Part shown: piece by piece, positions 43,585-51,784 of the stretch | Numbering within the stretch: the stretch's first letter is position 1 | How the letters are laid out: the number at the start of each line of letters is the position of its first letter | Source of the DNA: Clostridia bacterium | GTDB lineage: Bacteria > Bacillota > Clostridia > Christensenellales > CAG-138 | DNA length: 64,000 nucleotides | Direction: 5' to 3' | Assembly (NCBI GenBank): GCA_016292635.1 | Contig: JAEDIC010000008.1 | Span: 150-64,149, forward strand | Notes under the pieces: model-generated | Seen by the model: the letters and a program-made list of their open reading frames with translations, nothing else | Database searches by the model: none | What the model was told of the DNA's origin: nothing | Position numbers and translations under genes: made by a program

Positions 43585-43607
43585 TCGTTCAGGATGTGTC
43601 AAATCTC

Positions 43608-43636
43608 TTGAAAAAAATCCATGATGAGCGTATAAT
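43608..43636 (+). promoter_or_regulatory. Sigma-A promoter for rex
   Basis: TTGAAA (43608-43613), 17 nt, TATAAT (43631-43636). Confidence 0.6.
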
Positions 43637-43693
43637 CATTAATGGGTAATGATGGGCAAAAATGCCCGGTACATATAACGCTTGGAGGGAAAA

Positions 43694-44320
43694 ATGGAAG
43701 TTCGCAGGGTTTCAGAGGCGGTTATAAGGCGTATGCCAAAGTATTACAGGCAGCTTCAGGTGCTGCAGGCTCAGGGCGTAGAGCGTATTTCCTCCGGCAA
43801 GCTTGCCCAGATGATGCGGCTGAACGCATCTCAGGTGCGGCAGGATTTTAATTGCTTTGGCGGCTTTGGTCAGCAGGGCTACGGCTACAACGTTAATACC
43901 CTTCTTAATGAGATCAAGGGCATACTGGCGCTTAACCAGACCCATGTGGCCATAGTGGCTGGTGCGGGCAATATCGGCCGCGCACTTGCCAGCTTTGACA
44001 ATTTTGAACAGCAGGGCTTCAGCATTACCGCCCTTTTCGATATTAACGAAGAGCTGGTGGGCACCCAGGTAAACGGCAAGCCGGTGCTGAACATAAGCGA
44101 AATGGAAGAATATGTAAAGCAGAACAACGTTACCGTGGGTATAATTGCCGCCCGCAGGAGCGCGGCCCAGGAACTTGCGGACCGCATGGTGCAGGCGGGC
44201 ATAAAAGGCATATGGAACTTCGCCCCAATCGACGTTACAGCGTCCGTACCTGTGGAGAATATTCACATGACCGACAGCCTCATCTGCCTCACATACAAAA
44301 TGTTCCACAATGTGGGATAG
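43694..44320 (+). CDS. rex: Redox-sensing transcriptional repressor Rex (208 aa)
   Basis: ATG at 43694 after GGAGGG. RRMPKYYRQL winged-helix region and a GAGNIGRAL Rossmann motif. Confidence 0.9.
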   Translation: MEVRRVSEAVIRRMPKYYRQLQVLQAQGVERISSGKLAQMMRLNASQVRQDFNCFGGFGQQGYGYNVNTLLNEIKGILALNQTHVAIVAGAGNIGRALASFDNFEQQGFSITALFDINEELVGTQVNGKPVLNISEMEEYVKQNNVTVGIIAARRSAAQELADRMVQAGIKGIWNFAPIDVTASVPVENIHMTDSLICLTYKMFHNVG

Positions 44321-44359
44321 GACCAGCAATAAAAGAAAAAACAAGCTTGCAAAGCACAA

Positions 44360-44400
44360 AAAAAGCAGCCGCATATGAGATTGCGTCTGCTTTTTGTTTT
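44360..44400. terminator. Bidirectional terminator between rex and maf
   Basis: AAAAAGCAGCCGCA-tatgagat-TGCGTCTGCTTTTT (one mismatch). Confidence 0.7.
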
Positions 44401-44422
44401 GCCTTAATTTATAAATTACGGA

Positions 44423-45010
44423 TTAGTCCGCAGCGCAGCGATTCTGCCATTTGGGATATATGCCCACGTTTTTCAGCATATCGCACAGCCTGGGAATGGA
44501 CATTCCTATGACGGTAAAGTAACAGCCTTCAACTCTTTTTACCAGCACAGCGCCCAGGCCCTGTACGCCGTAGGAGCCTGCCTTGTCCATGGGGTCGCCG
44601 GTGTCTATGTAGTCCCAGATAAGGTCGTCGGACAGTTCTTCAAAGGTTACATGGGTGGCTTCGTGGCAAATCTGGGTGGAATCGTCGGTAAGCACAGCTA
44701 TGCCTGTGTATACCGTATGGGTGCGGCCGGAAAGCTTGCGGAGTATCCTGTAGGCGTCATCCCGGTCTTTGGGCTTTCCAATTATCTCGTTATCCAGCCA
44801 TACCACCGTATCCGAGCCCACAACGCAGCTGCCGGGATGCTTTTTCTTTACTGCGGCGGCCTTTCTGAGAGCCAGAAGCTCCACAAATTCGCCCGGCTCT
44901 GTAAAGGCTACATTTTCATCGGCGTCGCTGGGGATACAGGTGTATTCCAGGCCTATCAGCCGAAAAAGCTCCCTGCGCCGCTGGGACTGGGAGGCGAGAA
45001 TAAGCTCCAT
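44423..45010 (-). CDS. maf: Maf-like nucleoside triphosphate pyrophosphatase (195 aa)
   Basis: Only the last 195 codons of ORF 44423..46240(-) are Maf (MELILASQSQRRRELF...GSDTVV...DKAGSYGVQG). The ATG is at 45010. Confidence 0.9.
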   Translation of the reverse strand: MELILASQSQRRRELFRLIGLEYTCIPSDADENVAFTEPGEFVELLALRKAAAVKKKHPGSCVVGSDTVVWLDNEIIGKPKDRDDAYRILRKLSGRTHTVYTGIAVLTDDSTQICHEATHVTFEELSDDLIWDYIDTGDPMDKAGSYGVQGLGAVLVKRVEGCYFTVIGMSIPRLCDMLKNVGIYPKWQNRCAAD

Positions 45011-45139
45011 AAAGCACCTCTGTCTATAAAAATCACAAATAGAATACCACAGAGCGGATTGGGAAACAATCCCCGCCTGTATAACACAAACAATATATGG
45101 AAATACTTTCCCCATAACAGATTCGGAGGTATCCATACA

Positions 45140-46180
45140 GTGTTTGGAATGAAAATATTGCGGGATGTGTTTTGCGAGGGCGTGGCTTTGGACCTTGGCA
45201 CGGTGAATACCCTTGCCGCCATACGGGGCAAGGGCATAGTGCTGAGAGAACCCAGCGCCGTGGCGGTGTCCACCGGTGAGGATAGGGAAATAATCGAGAT
45301 AGGCAGCAAGGCCATGCTTATGCTGGGACGCACCCCCGGGCAGCTTACGGTATGCTATCCCATGAGGGATGGGGTAATATCCGACATGGAACTGGCGGAG
45401 GCAATGATACGCTTCTGCATACGGGAAGCCCTGGGACGCAAGGCAGGGCCAATGGGCATACGTCTTGCGCTGTGCCTGCCCCTTTGCGTAAGCGATATCG
45501 AGCGGAGGGCGCTGATGGAGGCGGCGAAAAACGCGGGAGCACGGGAGATAATAGTGCTGAATGAGGCGCTGGCAGCCGCAATAGGCGCGGGGATTCCCGT
45601 AACAGAGCCAATAGGCCATATGGTGGTTGACATGGGCGGCGGCACCACGGATGCGGCGGTGGTAACATTGGGAGGCATTGCGGCACATAAATCCGTGCGC
45701 ACGGGCGGAACCCATCTTGACAAAGCCATAGTTGAATATATCGGCAGGGAATACCGCCTGAGCATAGGCGAGCGAACTGCGGAGCAGGTGAAGATGAACA
45801 TAGGCAGCGCGCTGCTGGGCGGAGAGGATCATATGCAGATTCGGGGACGCAATATGGAGACGGGAATTCCGGAAAGCATAATAGTGGGCCGTGGAGAGAT
45901 AAGCTACGCCATAAAGAATGAGGTGCGGGATATGGTGAACGCCATAAAGGAAACGCTGGCCCAAACACCTCCGGAGCTTGCCGGGGATATATACGACACC
46001 GGCATTACCCTTACCGGCGGCGGGGCGAACCTTGACGGAATAGCGGAGCTTGTTGGCAGGGAGACCGGCATGGCTGTGCGGGTAGCGGAGGACCCTGAAA
46101 ACTGCGTGGTAAAGGGGGCGCTTATGGCGCTGGATATGGGCGAAGAGGCCGGAATATACCATGAGGCGGTGAGCGCATAG
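45140..46180 (+). CDS. mreB: Rod-shape-determining protein MreB (346 aa)
   Basis: GTG at 45140 is 10 nt after GGAGG (45125-45129). An alternative ATG lies at 45149. Actin-fold motifs: LDLGTVNT, DMGGGTTD. Confidence 0.9.
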   Translation: MFGMKILRDVFCEGVALDLGTVNTLAAIRGKGIVLREPSAVAVSTGEDREIIEIGSKAMLMLGRTPGQLTVCYPMRDGVISDMELAEAMIRFCIREALGRKAGPMGIRLALCLPLCVSDIERRALMEAAKNAGAREIIVLNEALAAAIGAGIPVTEPIGHMVVDMGGGTTDAAVVTLGGIAAHKSVRTGGTHLDKAIVEYIGREYRLSIGERTAEQVKMNIGSALLGGEDHMQIRGRNMETGIPESIIVGRGEISYAIKNEVRDMVNAIKETLAQTPPELAGDIYDTGITLTGGGANLDGIAELVGRETGMAVRVAEDPENCVVKGALMALDMGEEAGIYHEAVSA

Positions 46181-46340
46181 CGGCATATTTTCGCATAAAA
46201 TGACCAAATGGGTAAACATAATGTAACGATTTGCCGCCACGCCTTGCGCATGGCGGTACTTGCATTTATAATAATTATCGGGATTTCATGGCGTTGCGGC
46301 GCCTTGCCCACGGGAACCGACTTTGCAAAGGAGACGCTCA

Positions 46341-47186
46341 ATGGGAGGCTTTTTTCAGAGCAAGGGTTTTATAATTCTGCTCGTGGTTATTGCGGTGCTG
46401 GCCATTCTGGCTGCCGTCACATATGACGACAGGGCAGAGGTGACTTTTATTGAGGATGTCGTAAATACCGTTGTTGCCCCCATACAGTCCTTCTCGGTAA
46501 AGGCGTCAAACTCCATAATAGCCTTTTTTGAGAGGGTGTTCAGCTCCACGGATCTTGACAAGGAAAACGAGCAGCTAAAGGTGCGGCTTGCCCAGTATGA
46601 AATAATCGAAAGCGAGCTCAATACACTTCGTGAAGAAAATGAGAGGCTGAAGGAGCTGCTCAATTATACCGAGGTAACTGAAACATACAAATACATCACC
46701 GCTACAGTAATAGGCAAGAGTCAGGGAGTATGGTTCAGCGAGTTTACCGTAAACGCCGGGCGAAACGACGGCGTTACGGAAAACCAGGCAGTGGTGAACG
46801 CTGACGGCCTGGTTGGCAGGGTAAGCAGCGTAAGCGCCAATACCTGCAAGGTAACTTCCATAATAGACAGCACATCCGACGTAAGCGTAATGGTGGAACG
46901 TACCCGCGATTATGGCTTTGCCCGGGGCATACTCAATACCGATGACGACGAAAAGCTGGAGCTTTATTATCTGCCCAGCGGCTACGACCTTGTGCCCGGC
47001 GACAATATACTCACCAGCGGCATCGGCGGCATATTCCCCAAAGGTATCGCCGTGGGTACCGTAACCGAGGTTTCCCGCGCAAACGAGGATACCGAGGACA
47101 GAAACGCCATCATACAGCCCGCCGTGGATTTCCTCCGCCTTGAAGAGGTTATGATAGTAAACGTGGCTGAAGAGGAGGAGGAATAA
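46341..47186 (+). CDS. mreC: Rod-shape-determining protein MreC (281 aa)
   Basis: ATG at 46341 after AAAGGAGA. N-terminal TM, then a coiled coil (ENEQLKVRLAQYE...LREENERLKELL), then beta-barrel domains. Position after mreB. Confidence 0.85.
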   Translation: MGGFFQSKGFIILLVVIAVLAILAAVTYDDRAEVTFIEDVVNTVVAPIQSFSVKASNSIIAFFERVFSSTDLDKENEQLKVRLAQYEIIESELNTLREENERLKELLNYTEVTETYKYITATVIGKSQGVWFSEFTVNAGRNDGVTENQAVVNADGLVGRVSSVSANTCKVTSIIDSTSDVSVMVERTRDYGFARGILNTDDDEKLELYYLPSGYDLVPGDNILTSGIGGIFPKGIAVGTVTEVSRANEDTEDRNAIIQPAVDFLRLEEVMIVNVAEEEEE

Positions 47187-47704
47187 TGCATCGGCTGTAT
47201 GTTGCCCTAACTCTGATATTTGCCATATTTATGGATTCCGTCATATTTGCCCGCTTCAATATACTGGGCGTGGTGCCGGATTTCGTGCTGGTAGTAACGG
47301 TATGCGTGGGCATACTGATGGGCGCAACGGAGGCGGCGGCTGTGGGATGCCTGACAGGCCTTGCAATAGACGTGCTTTTCGGCAAGGCGGTGGGTGTAAA
47401 CGCCATGGCATATATGCTTGCCGGATTGGTGGGCGGAATATTTTACAAAAAGTATTTTGCGGATAATATGCTGATACCGGTGGCCACGGTGGCGGTATGC
47501 GCTTTTTTTAAGGAAAACTTTATGGCGCTGATGACCGGTCTTATAGGCGGGTCATTCAATTATTTCGAAATGCTGGCAACTTACATAGTGCCCTCGGCCC
47601 TCATGTCTGCGGCGCTGTGTTTGCCGGTGCATTTGTTCCTGAAGCCCAGGGTGCTGCGCTCTTCGAAGAAGCGCTATGACCGCAGCGCCGGAGGAGTTAA
47701 ATGA
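47186..47704 (+). CDS. mreD: Rod-shape-determining protein MreD (172 aa)
   Basis: Polytopic small protein. The ATG overlaps the mreC stop (TAATG). Position between mreC and PBP2. Confidence 0.8.
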   Translation: MHRLYVALTLIFAIFMDSVIFARFNILGVVPDFVLVVTVCVGILMGATEAAAVGCLTGLAIDVLFGKAVGVNAMAYMLAGLVGGIFYKKYFADNMLIPVATVAVCAFFKENFMALMTGLIGGSFNYFEMLATYIVPSALMSAALCLPVHLFLKPRVLRSSKKRYDRSAGGVK

Positions 47705-50289
47705 AAAGTACTTCATCCAGATTTATAATACTTATAATTGTTTTGGCGCTCCTTATGGGTGCGCTTATTTATCAGCTTTATCAGGTTACCATGGTGGAAG
47801 GCGCCGAGTATGCCGTGGACGCCACGAACCGCCGCACCAGCACCATAGACATAAAGGGAACCCGAGGCAGAATACTTGACCGCAACGGCGTTGTGCTGGC
47901 ATACAGCAAAAACAGTTACAATGTAGAATTCCTTCGGGATGCCGACAACCGAACAAACTACGACTCCGCCGTATATACCGAGTCCCTTATAAAGGCAATA
48001 GAAATAATAGAGGCAGGCGGCGGCGAGACCATAGACACATCCTACATCCGCAAGGACGAGGAGGGTAATTTCTATTATGACTGGGGCGTGGAAAGCCAGG
48101 CCGCAATAGTTGCCCGCTACAAGAATTTCTGCGAGGCCATGGGCTTCTATATAGAATACGATGATACCATAAAGGACAAGTCCAAATGGGATACCAGCGA
48201 ATGGCCTACAGCGGAGGAAGCCTATAACGACCTCAGGGCATATTGGTTTATCCCGGAAGAGCTGGGCTTTGAGGAGGCAAATAAGGTTATCTCCATACGA
48301 CAGGAAGTTCTGCTGAACAACTATCGCGCCTATGAGCCTATCACCATAGCTTACGATGTGGGCATGGAGGTGGTGGCGGAGATAAAGCTCAGAGCGGATG
48401 AGCTTACCGGCCTTCAGACCTCTCAAAGCACAATAAGGGTATATCCCAGAGGCACAACAGCCGCCCATGTGGTTGGATACCTTGGCAAGACGGTTACCCC
48501 GGAGCTTAAAAAGCAATACGGCTATTCCTATGAAGACTATATAGGCATATCCGGCATAGAGGCAACCATGGAGCAGTATCTTACCGGCTCTACAAACGTG
48601 CATCAGGGCAAGCGGGAGCTGGAGGTAAACAAAAACGGCAGCACCATAAGGGAACTGTCCTATACCCCTGCGTCCGACGGCGACGATGTTATGCTTACGC
48701 TGGATATAGAGTTGCAGGCGGTGGTAGAGCAGGCTCTTACGGACCTTATAGCAGCCATAAACGAAAAGGAAGTTGCCCAGATTGAGGAGAAATACGCCGC
48801 ATACGAGGAAAAGACCAACGGCAAGGTGGATGGCATAGAGACCGCTAAGACCGGCGCAGCGGTGGTAATGGATGTGAACACGGGACAGGTGCTGGCTATG
48901 GCGTCCTATCCTTCCTTCGACCCCAACTGGTTCATAGAAGGCCTTAGCGATGAACAGGCTGAGGAACTTTTCCAGAGCGAATGGGCGGCGGATACCACTC
49001 CGACGCGAAACAAGGCCATATCCACCAAGCTGGCCCCAGGCTCCATATTTAAAATGGTAACCGGCATTGCAGGCGCAGCCGAGGGCGTACTGAACATAAA
49101 TGAACAGATAAGCTGCGACTGGGAGTATATCATACGGTATACAGATGACGACGGCGACCTGGTAGAGGTAACCTCCAATGCCCCTAAGTGCCATCTTACC
49201 TCGCGATCAAAGATAGGTAAGCACGCCAACCAGACCCTTGCGGACGCGGTGAAAAACTCCTGCAACTATTACTTCTGCGAGGTGGCGAACCGTGTCGGTA
49301 TCGATAAGCTGAACGAATGGGCCGGCAAAATGGGCCTTACCAGCAAAACTGGCATAGAGCTTACCGGAGAGGCAGAGGGTATAGTTGGCGGCCAAAGCAT
49401 ACTTTTTGACAATAGCCTTATGGGCGAGGACGGTACGCTGGATATATACAATCAAAAGACCAGCCTGCCCGGACTTATATACCGCAAGCTGAAGGAAGAA
49501 CTGATGCGCTTTATCGAAATGCGTAACATGGAGGTGGATGACGCTGCCATAGAAAGCTGTGCGAAGAGACTCATGGAGCTTCAGGATGGCTCCATAACCG
49601 GCGAGGGCGCCCAGATACGACGTATAATCAGCGATGAGCTGGGCATCCCGGAAGGTATAACCCAGGAGCGAGACGACTGGATAAACGCCATAACTTCTCT
49701 GCTAAACGAGATACAGTGGAAGCCTACTCAGACCATCCGCGCAGGATTCGGACAGGGCACCACCCTTGTTACTCCTATAGCCGTTGCCCGGTATGTAAGC
49801 GCAATTGCCAACGAAGGCACGGTATACGACGCCCATATTGTGGACCGTGTGCTGGATGAGGACGGAAACATTGTAAAGGTGGTTAAGCCCAGCGTATTCA
49901 ACCAGATAGATATACCCGATGAGATATGGGACTCCATAAAGACGGGCATGAAGGGCGTTGTATCCCCTGAGGACGGCGGTACTGCGGCGCAGGCCTTTAC
50001 GGATGAGGCGTTCATTGAAAAATACCTTGAGACTGAGTCCTTTGCCGGCAAGACGGGAACGGCGCAGGTAGGCGCGCGAGCCACCAATATAGATATAGAA
50101 AATACTTCCTGGTTCGTGTGCTTTGCACCTCGTGAGGAGCCCGAGATAGCCATAGTGGTATGCGTGCCCTACGGCCTGTCCGGTTCGTCCAGCGCTCCGG
50201 CAATTGAGGATATACTTTCCTACTATTTCGCCCAGAGCGAAAACGCCGCTCCGGAAAACCTTGTGGCGATAAACGGAGTAACCGAATAA
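47701..50289 (+). CDS. mrdA: Class B penicillin-binding protein 2 (elongasome transpeptidase, 862 aa)
   Basis: SxxK (SIFK), SxN (SCN) and KTGT motifs. N-terminal TM plus pedestal domain. The ATG overlaps the mreD stop (ATGA). Confidence 0.9.
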   Translation: MKSTSSRFIILIIVLALLMGALIYQLYQVTMVEGAEYAVDATNRRTSTIDIKGTRGRILDRNGVVLAYSKNSYNVEFLRDADNRTNYDSAVYTESLIKAIEIIEAGGGETIDTSYIRKDEEGNFYYDWGVESQAAIVARYKNFCEAMGFYIEYDDTIKDKSKWDTSEWPTAEEAYNDLRAYWFIPEELGFEEANKVISIRQEVLLNNYRAYEPITIAYDVGMEVVAEIKLRADELTGLQTSQSTIRVYPRGTTAAHVVGYLGKTVTPELKKQYGYSYEDYIGISGIEATMEQYLTGSTNVHQGKRELEVNKNGSTIRELSYTPASDGDDVMLTLDIELQAVVEQALTDLIAAINEKEVAQIEEKYAAYEEKTNGKVDGIETAKTGAAVVMDVNTGQVLAMASYPSFDPNWFIEGLSDEQAEELFQSEWAADTTPTRNKAISTKLAPGSIFKMVTGIAGAAEGVLNINEQISCDWEYIIRYTDDDGDLVEVTSNAPKCHLTSRSKIGKHANQTLADAVKNSCNYYFCEVANRVGIDKLNEWAGKMGLTSKTGIELTGEAEGIVGGQSILFDNSLMGEDGTLDIYNQKTSLPGLIYRKLKEELMRFIEMRNMEVDDAAIESCAKRLMELQDGSITGEGAQIRRIISDELGIPEGITQERDDWINAITSLLNEIQWKPTQTIRAGFGQGTTLVTPIAVARYVSAIANEGTVYDAHIVDRVLDEDGNIVKVVKPSVFNQIDIPDEIWDSIKTGMKGVVSPEDGGTAAQAFTDEAFIEKYLETESFAGKTGTAQVGARATNIDIENTSWFVCFAPREEPEIAIVVCVPYGLSGSSSAPAIEDILSYYFAQSENAAPENLVAINGVTE

Positions 50290-50363
50290 ACGGCAAAACC
50301 AAACTGAACGGTCAAAGCATTTGCAGAATGATAAATCCTGACGGGATATATTCCCCAAAAACA

Positions 50364-50390
50364 AAAGGACGGCGGTGCGCCGTCCTTTTT
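50364..50390. terminator. Strong (bidirectional) intrinsic terminator
   Basis: AAAAGGACGGCG-gtg-CGCCGTCCTTTTT. Confidence 0.85.
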
Positions 50391-50568
50391 AACGTTAATC
50401 GTCATCATCTGTGCTACCCGAAAGGATTTGAAGCTTTGCGTCAAGGCGTCAGCCGTATCCGCGCTCAAGCGAAAACGGCTTTATTTATCAGCGGGCCGGG
50501 TTTTTTCGCTAATTCTGCCTATAGCCCCGATATCTCCTGTTTTTTGAGTGATAAACGGGAAATAACTA

Positions 50569-51030
50569 TTATTTCTCTTCCTTTATGCCAAGCTCCCGGC
50601 AGATGATATGGGCGGCCTCGGTAACGGCGGCTTCCACTATCTCGGTGCAGTATGCCTTGCGCTCGGGTGAGTTGCGGTCTTCATAGCCGGCGATGAGCTT
50701 GCCGCAGCAGGTAGAGCCGAATTTGGATATCATGGCATCTCCGAATTCTTTGGTGAGCACATGGCAGTTGGTTATGGAAGGATCGCCGGGGGTGCGGCGG
50801 CCGAACAGGAAGCCTAGGCACATGGTTGCGCCGGCCACGGCGCCGCATATGCAGCCTACGCCGCCCAGTCCCCAGGGGAATCCGGTGCTCATGGCGATGG
50901 CGTCGTCGGATATATCCAGCTCAAAATCCTTGCGGAGGGCGTATATGACGGACTCGGAGCAGGCGAAGCCGTTGTGGAAAATGTGAACTGCGTCCTTGCG
51001 CAGCGTGTCAAGATTGATGGACTGTACCAT
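50569..51030 (-). CDS. C_GCAxxG_C_C family (putative redox-active) protein (153 aa)
   Basis: FACSESV...GCICGAVAGATMCLG...CCGKL...YCTEIV, the eponymous Cys pattern. GGAGGA RBS. Confidence 0.85.
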   Translation of the reverse strand: MVQSINLDTLRKDAVHIFHNGFACSESVIYALRKDFELDISDDAIAMSTGFPWGLGGVGCICGAVAGATMCLGFLFGRRTPGDPSITNCHVLTKEFGDAMISKFGSTCCGKLIAGYEDRNSPERKAYCTEIVEAAVTEAAHIICRELGIKEEK

Positions 51031-51080
51031 TGCGGTTTGTTCCTCCTGATTGTGTGCTTTTTTTGTGTGGATGTATTGCT

Positions 51081-51542
51081 TTAGCTTTCCAGCCGTTCCT
51101 TAAGGTCGGTAAGACTTTTTTCCATTGACCGGAGGAAGGAGTACGCCGCGGCGCGCTCATCGGGCGTTAACTCCTCAAGCATGGTGGTGAAGAACATATC
51201 GTAATCTATACTGCACCAGCGGGCAAATTCTTCGCCTTTTTGGGTGAGGGTGAGACGTATGCAGCGGGTATCCTTTTTATCCCGGGTGCGTTTTATAAAG
51301 CCGCCGCTTTCAAGGCGGCGTATGGATACGCCGGCGGAGGCCTTGCCTATGCCGAGATGGGACGCAAGCTCGTTTTGGGTGGGGGCGCCAAGCTCCTTCA
51401 AGGCGAAGAGGACCTGAGGCTGTCCGGGGTATAGGTTATACTTGCTCAGCAGCAGCTGCATACAAAGGGCGCTTGTATGCTGAAGGGATAAAAAGGCGCT
51501 GCCAAAATCCCGGGTGATTTTTTCTCTTGTTACGGTCTCCAT
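51081..51542 (-). CDS. MarR family transcriptional regulator (153 aa)
   Basis: ORF 51081..51758(-) trimmed to the ATG at 51542 (METVTREKI...). Winged-helix core: PTQNELASHLGIGKASAGVSIRRLESGGFIKRTRDKKDTRCIRLTLT. Confidence 0.85.
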   Translation of the reverse strand: METVTREKITRDFGSAFLSLQHTSALCMQLLLSKYNLYPGQPQVLFALKELGAPTQNELASHLGIGKASAGVSIRRLESGGFIKRTRDKKDTRCIRLTLTQKGEEFARWCSIDYDMFFTTMLEELTPDERAAAYSFLRSMEKSLTDLKERLES

Positions 51543-51602
51543 GGGATTCCTTTCGGGATTGGTTTCTGTATTTAGAATGATAGACCTATTAAAACCGTAT
51601 GT

Positions 51603-51623
51603 CAACATTTCAATTTTATGTTG
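51603..51623. promoter_or_regulatory. Inverted repeat in the marR/glgP divergent region (candidate MarR operator)
   Basis: CAACAT-ttcaatttt-ATGTTG, about 60 nt upstream of the marR start. Confidence 0.25.
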
Positions 51624-51784
51624 CGGAAGGAGTTGGAAAAGAATCCGCCGCGGTGGAAGCAGGATAGAAAAAAACAGATGACTTGGTGTTCTCAAAGTGT
51701 GCATTTTGTGGTAAACTACTTTGGTATTTGATGATGCGGGAGGCATTCTCTCCGGCAAAAAATAGGATTTGGAGAAATATAACT

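Noticed and set aside
44423-46240. 605-aa minus-strand ORF, plus the 509-aa plus-strand ORF 44651..46180, spanning the maf/mreB region.
   Set aside because: Only the last 195 codons (maf) and the last 346 codons (mreB) look like real proteins. The remainders are stop-free antisense shadows of each other's coding sequence, with Arg/His/Pro-rich non-protein-like composition.
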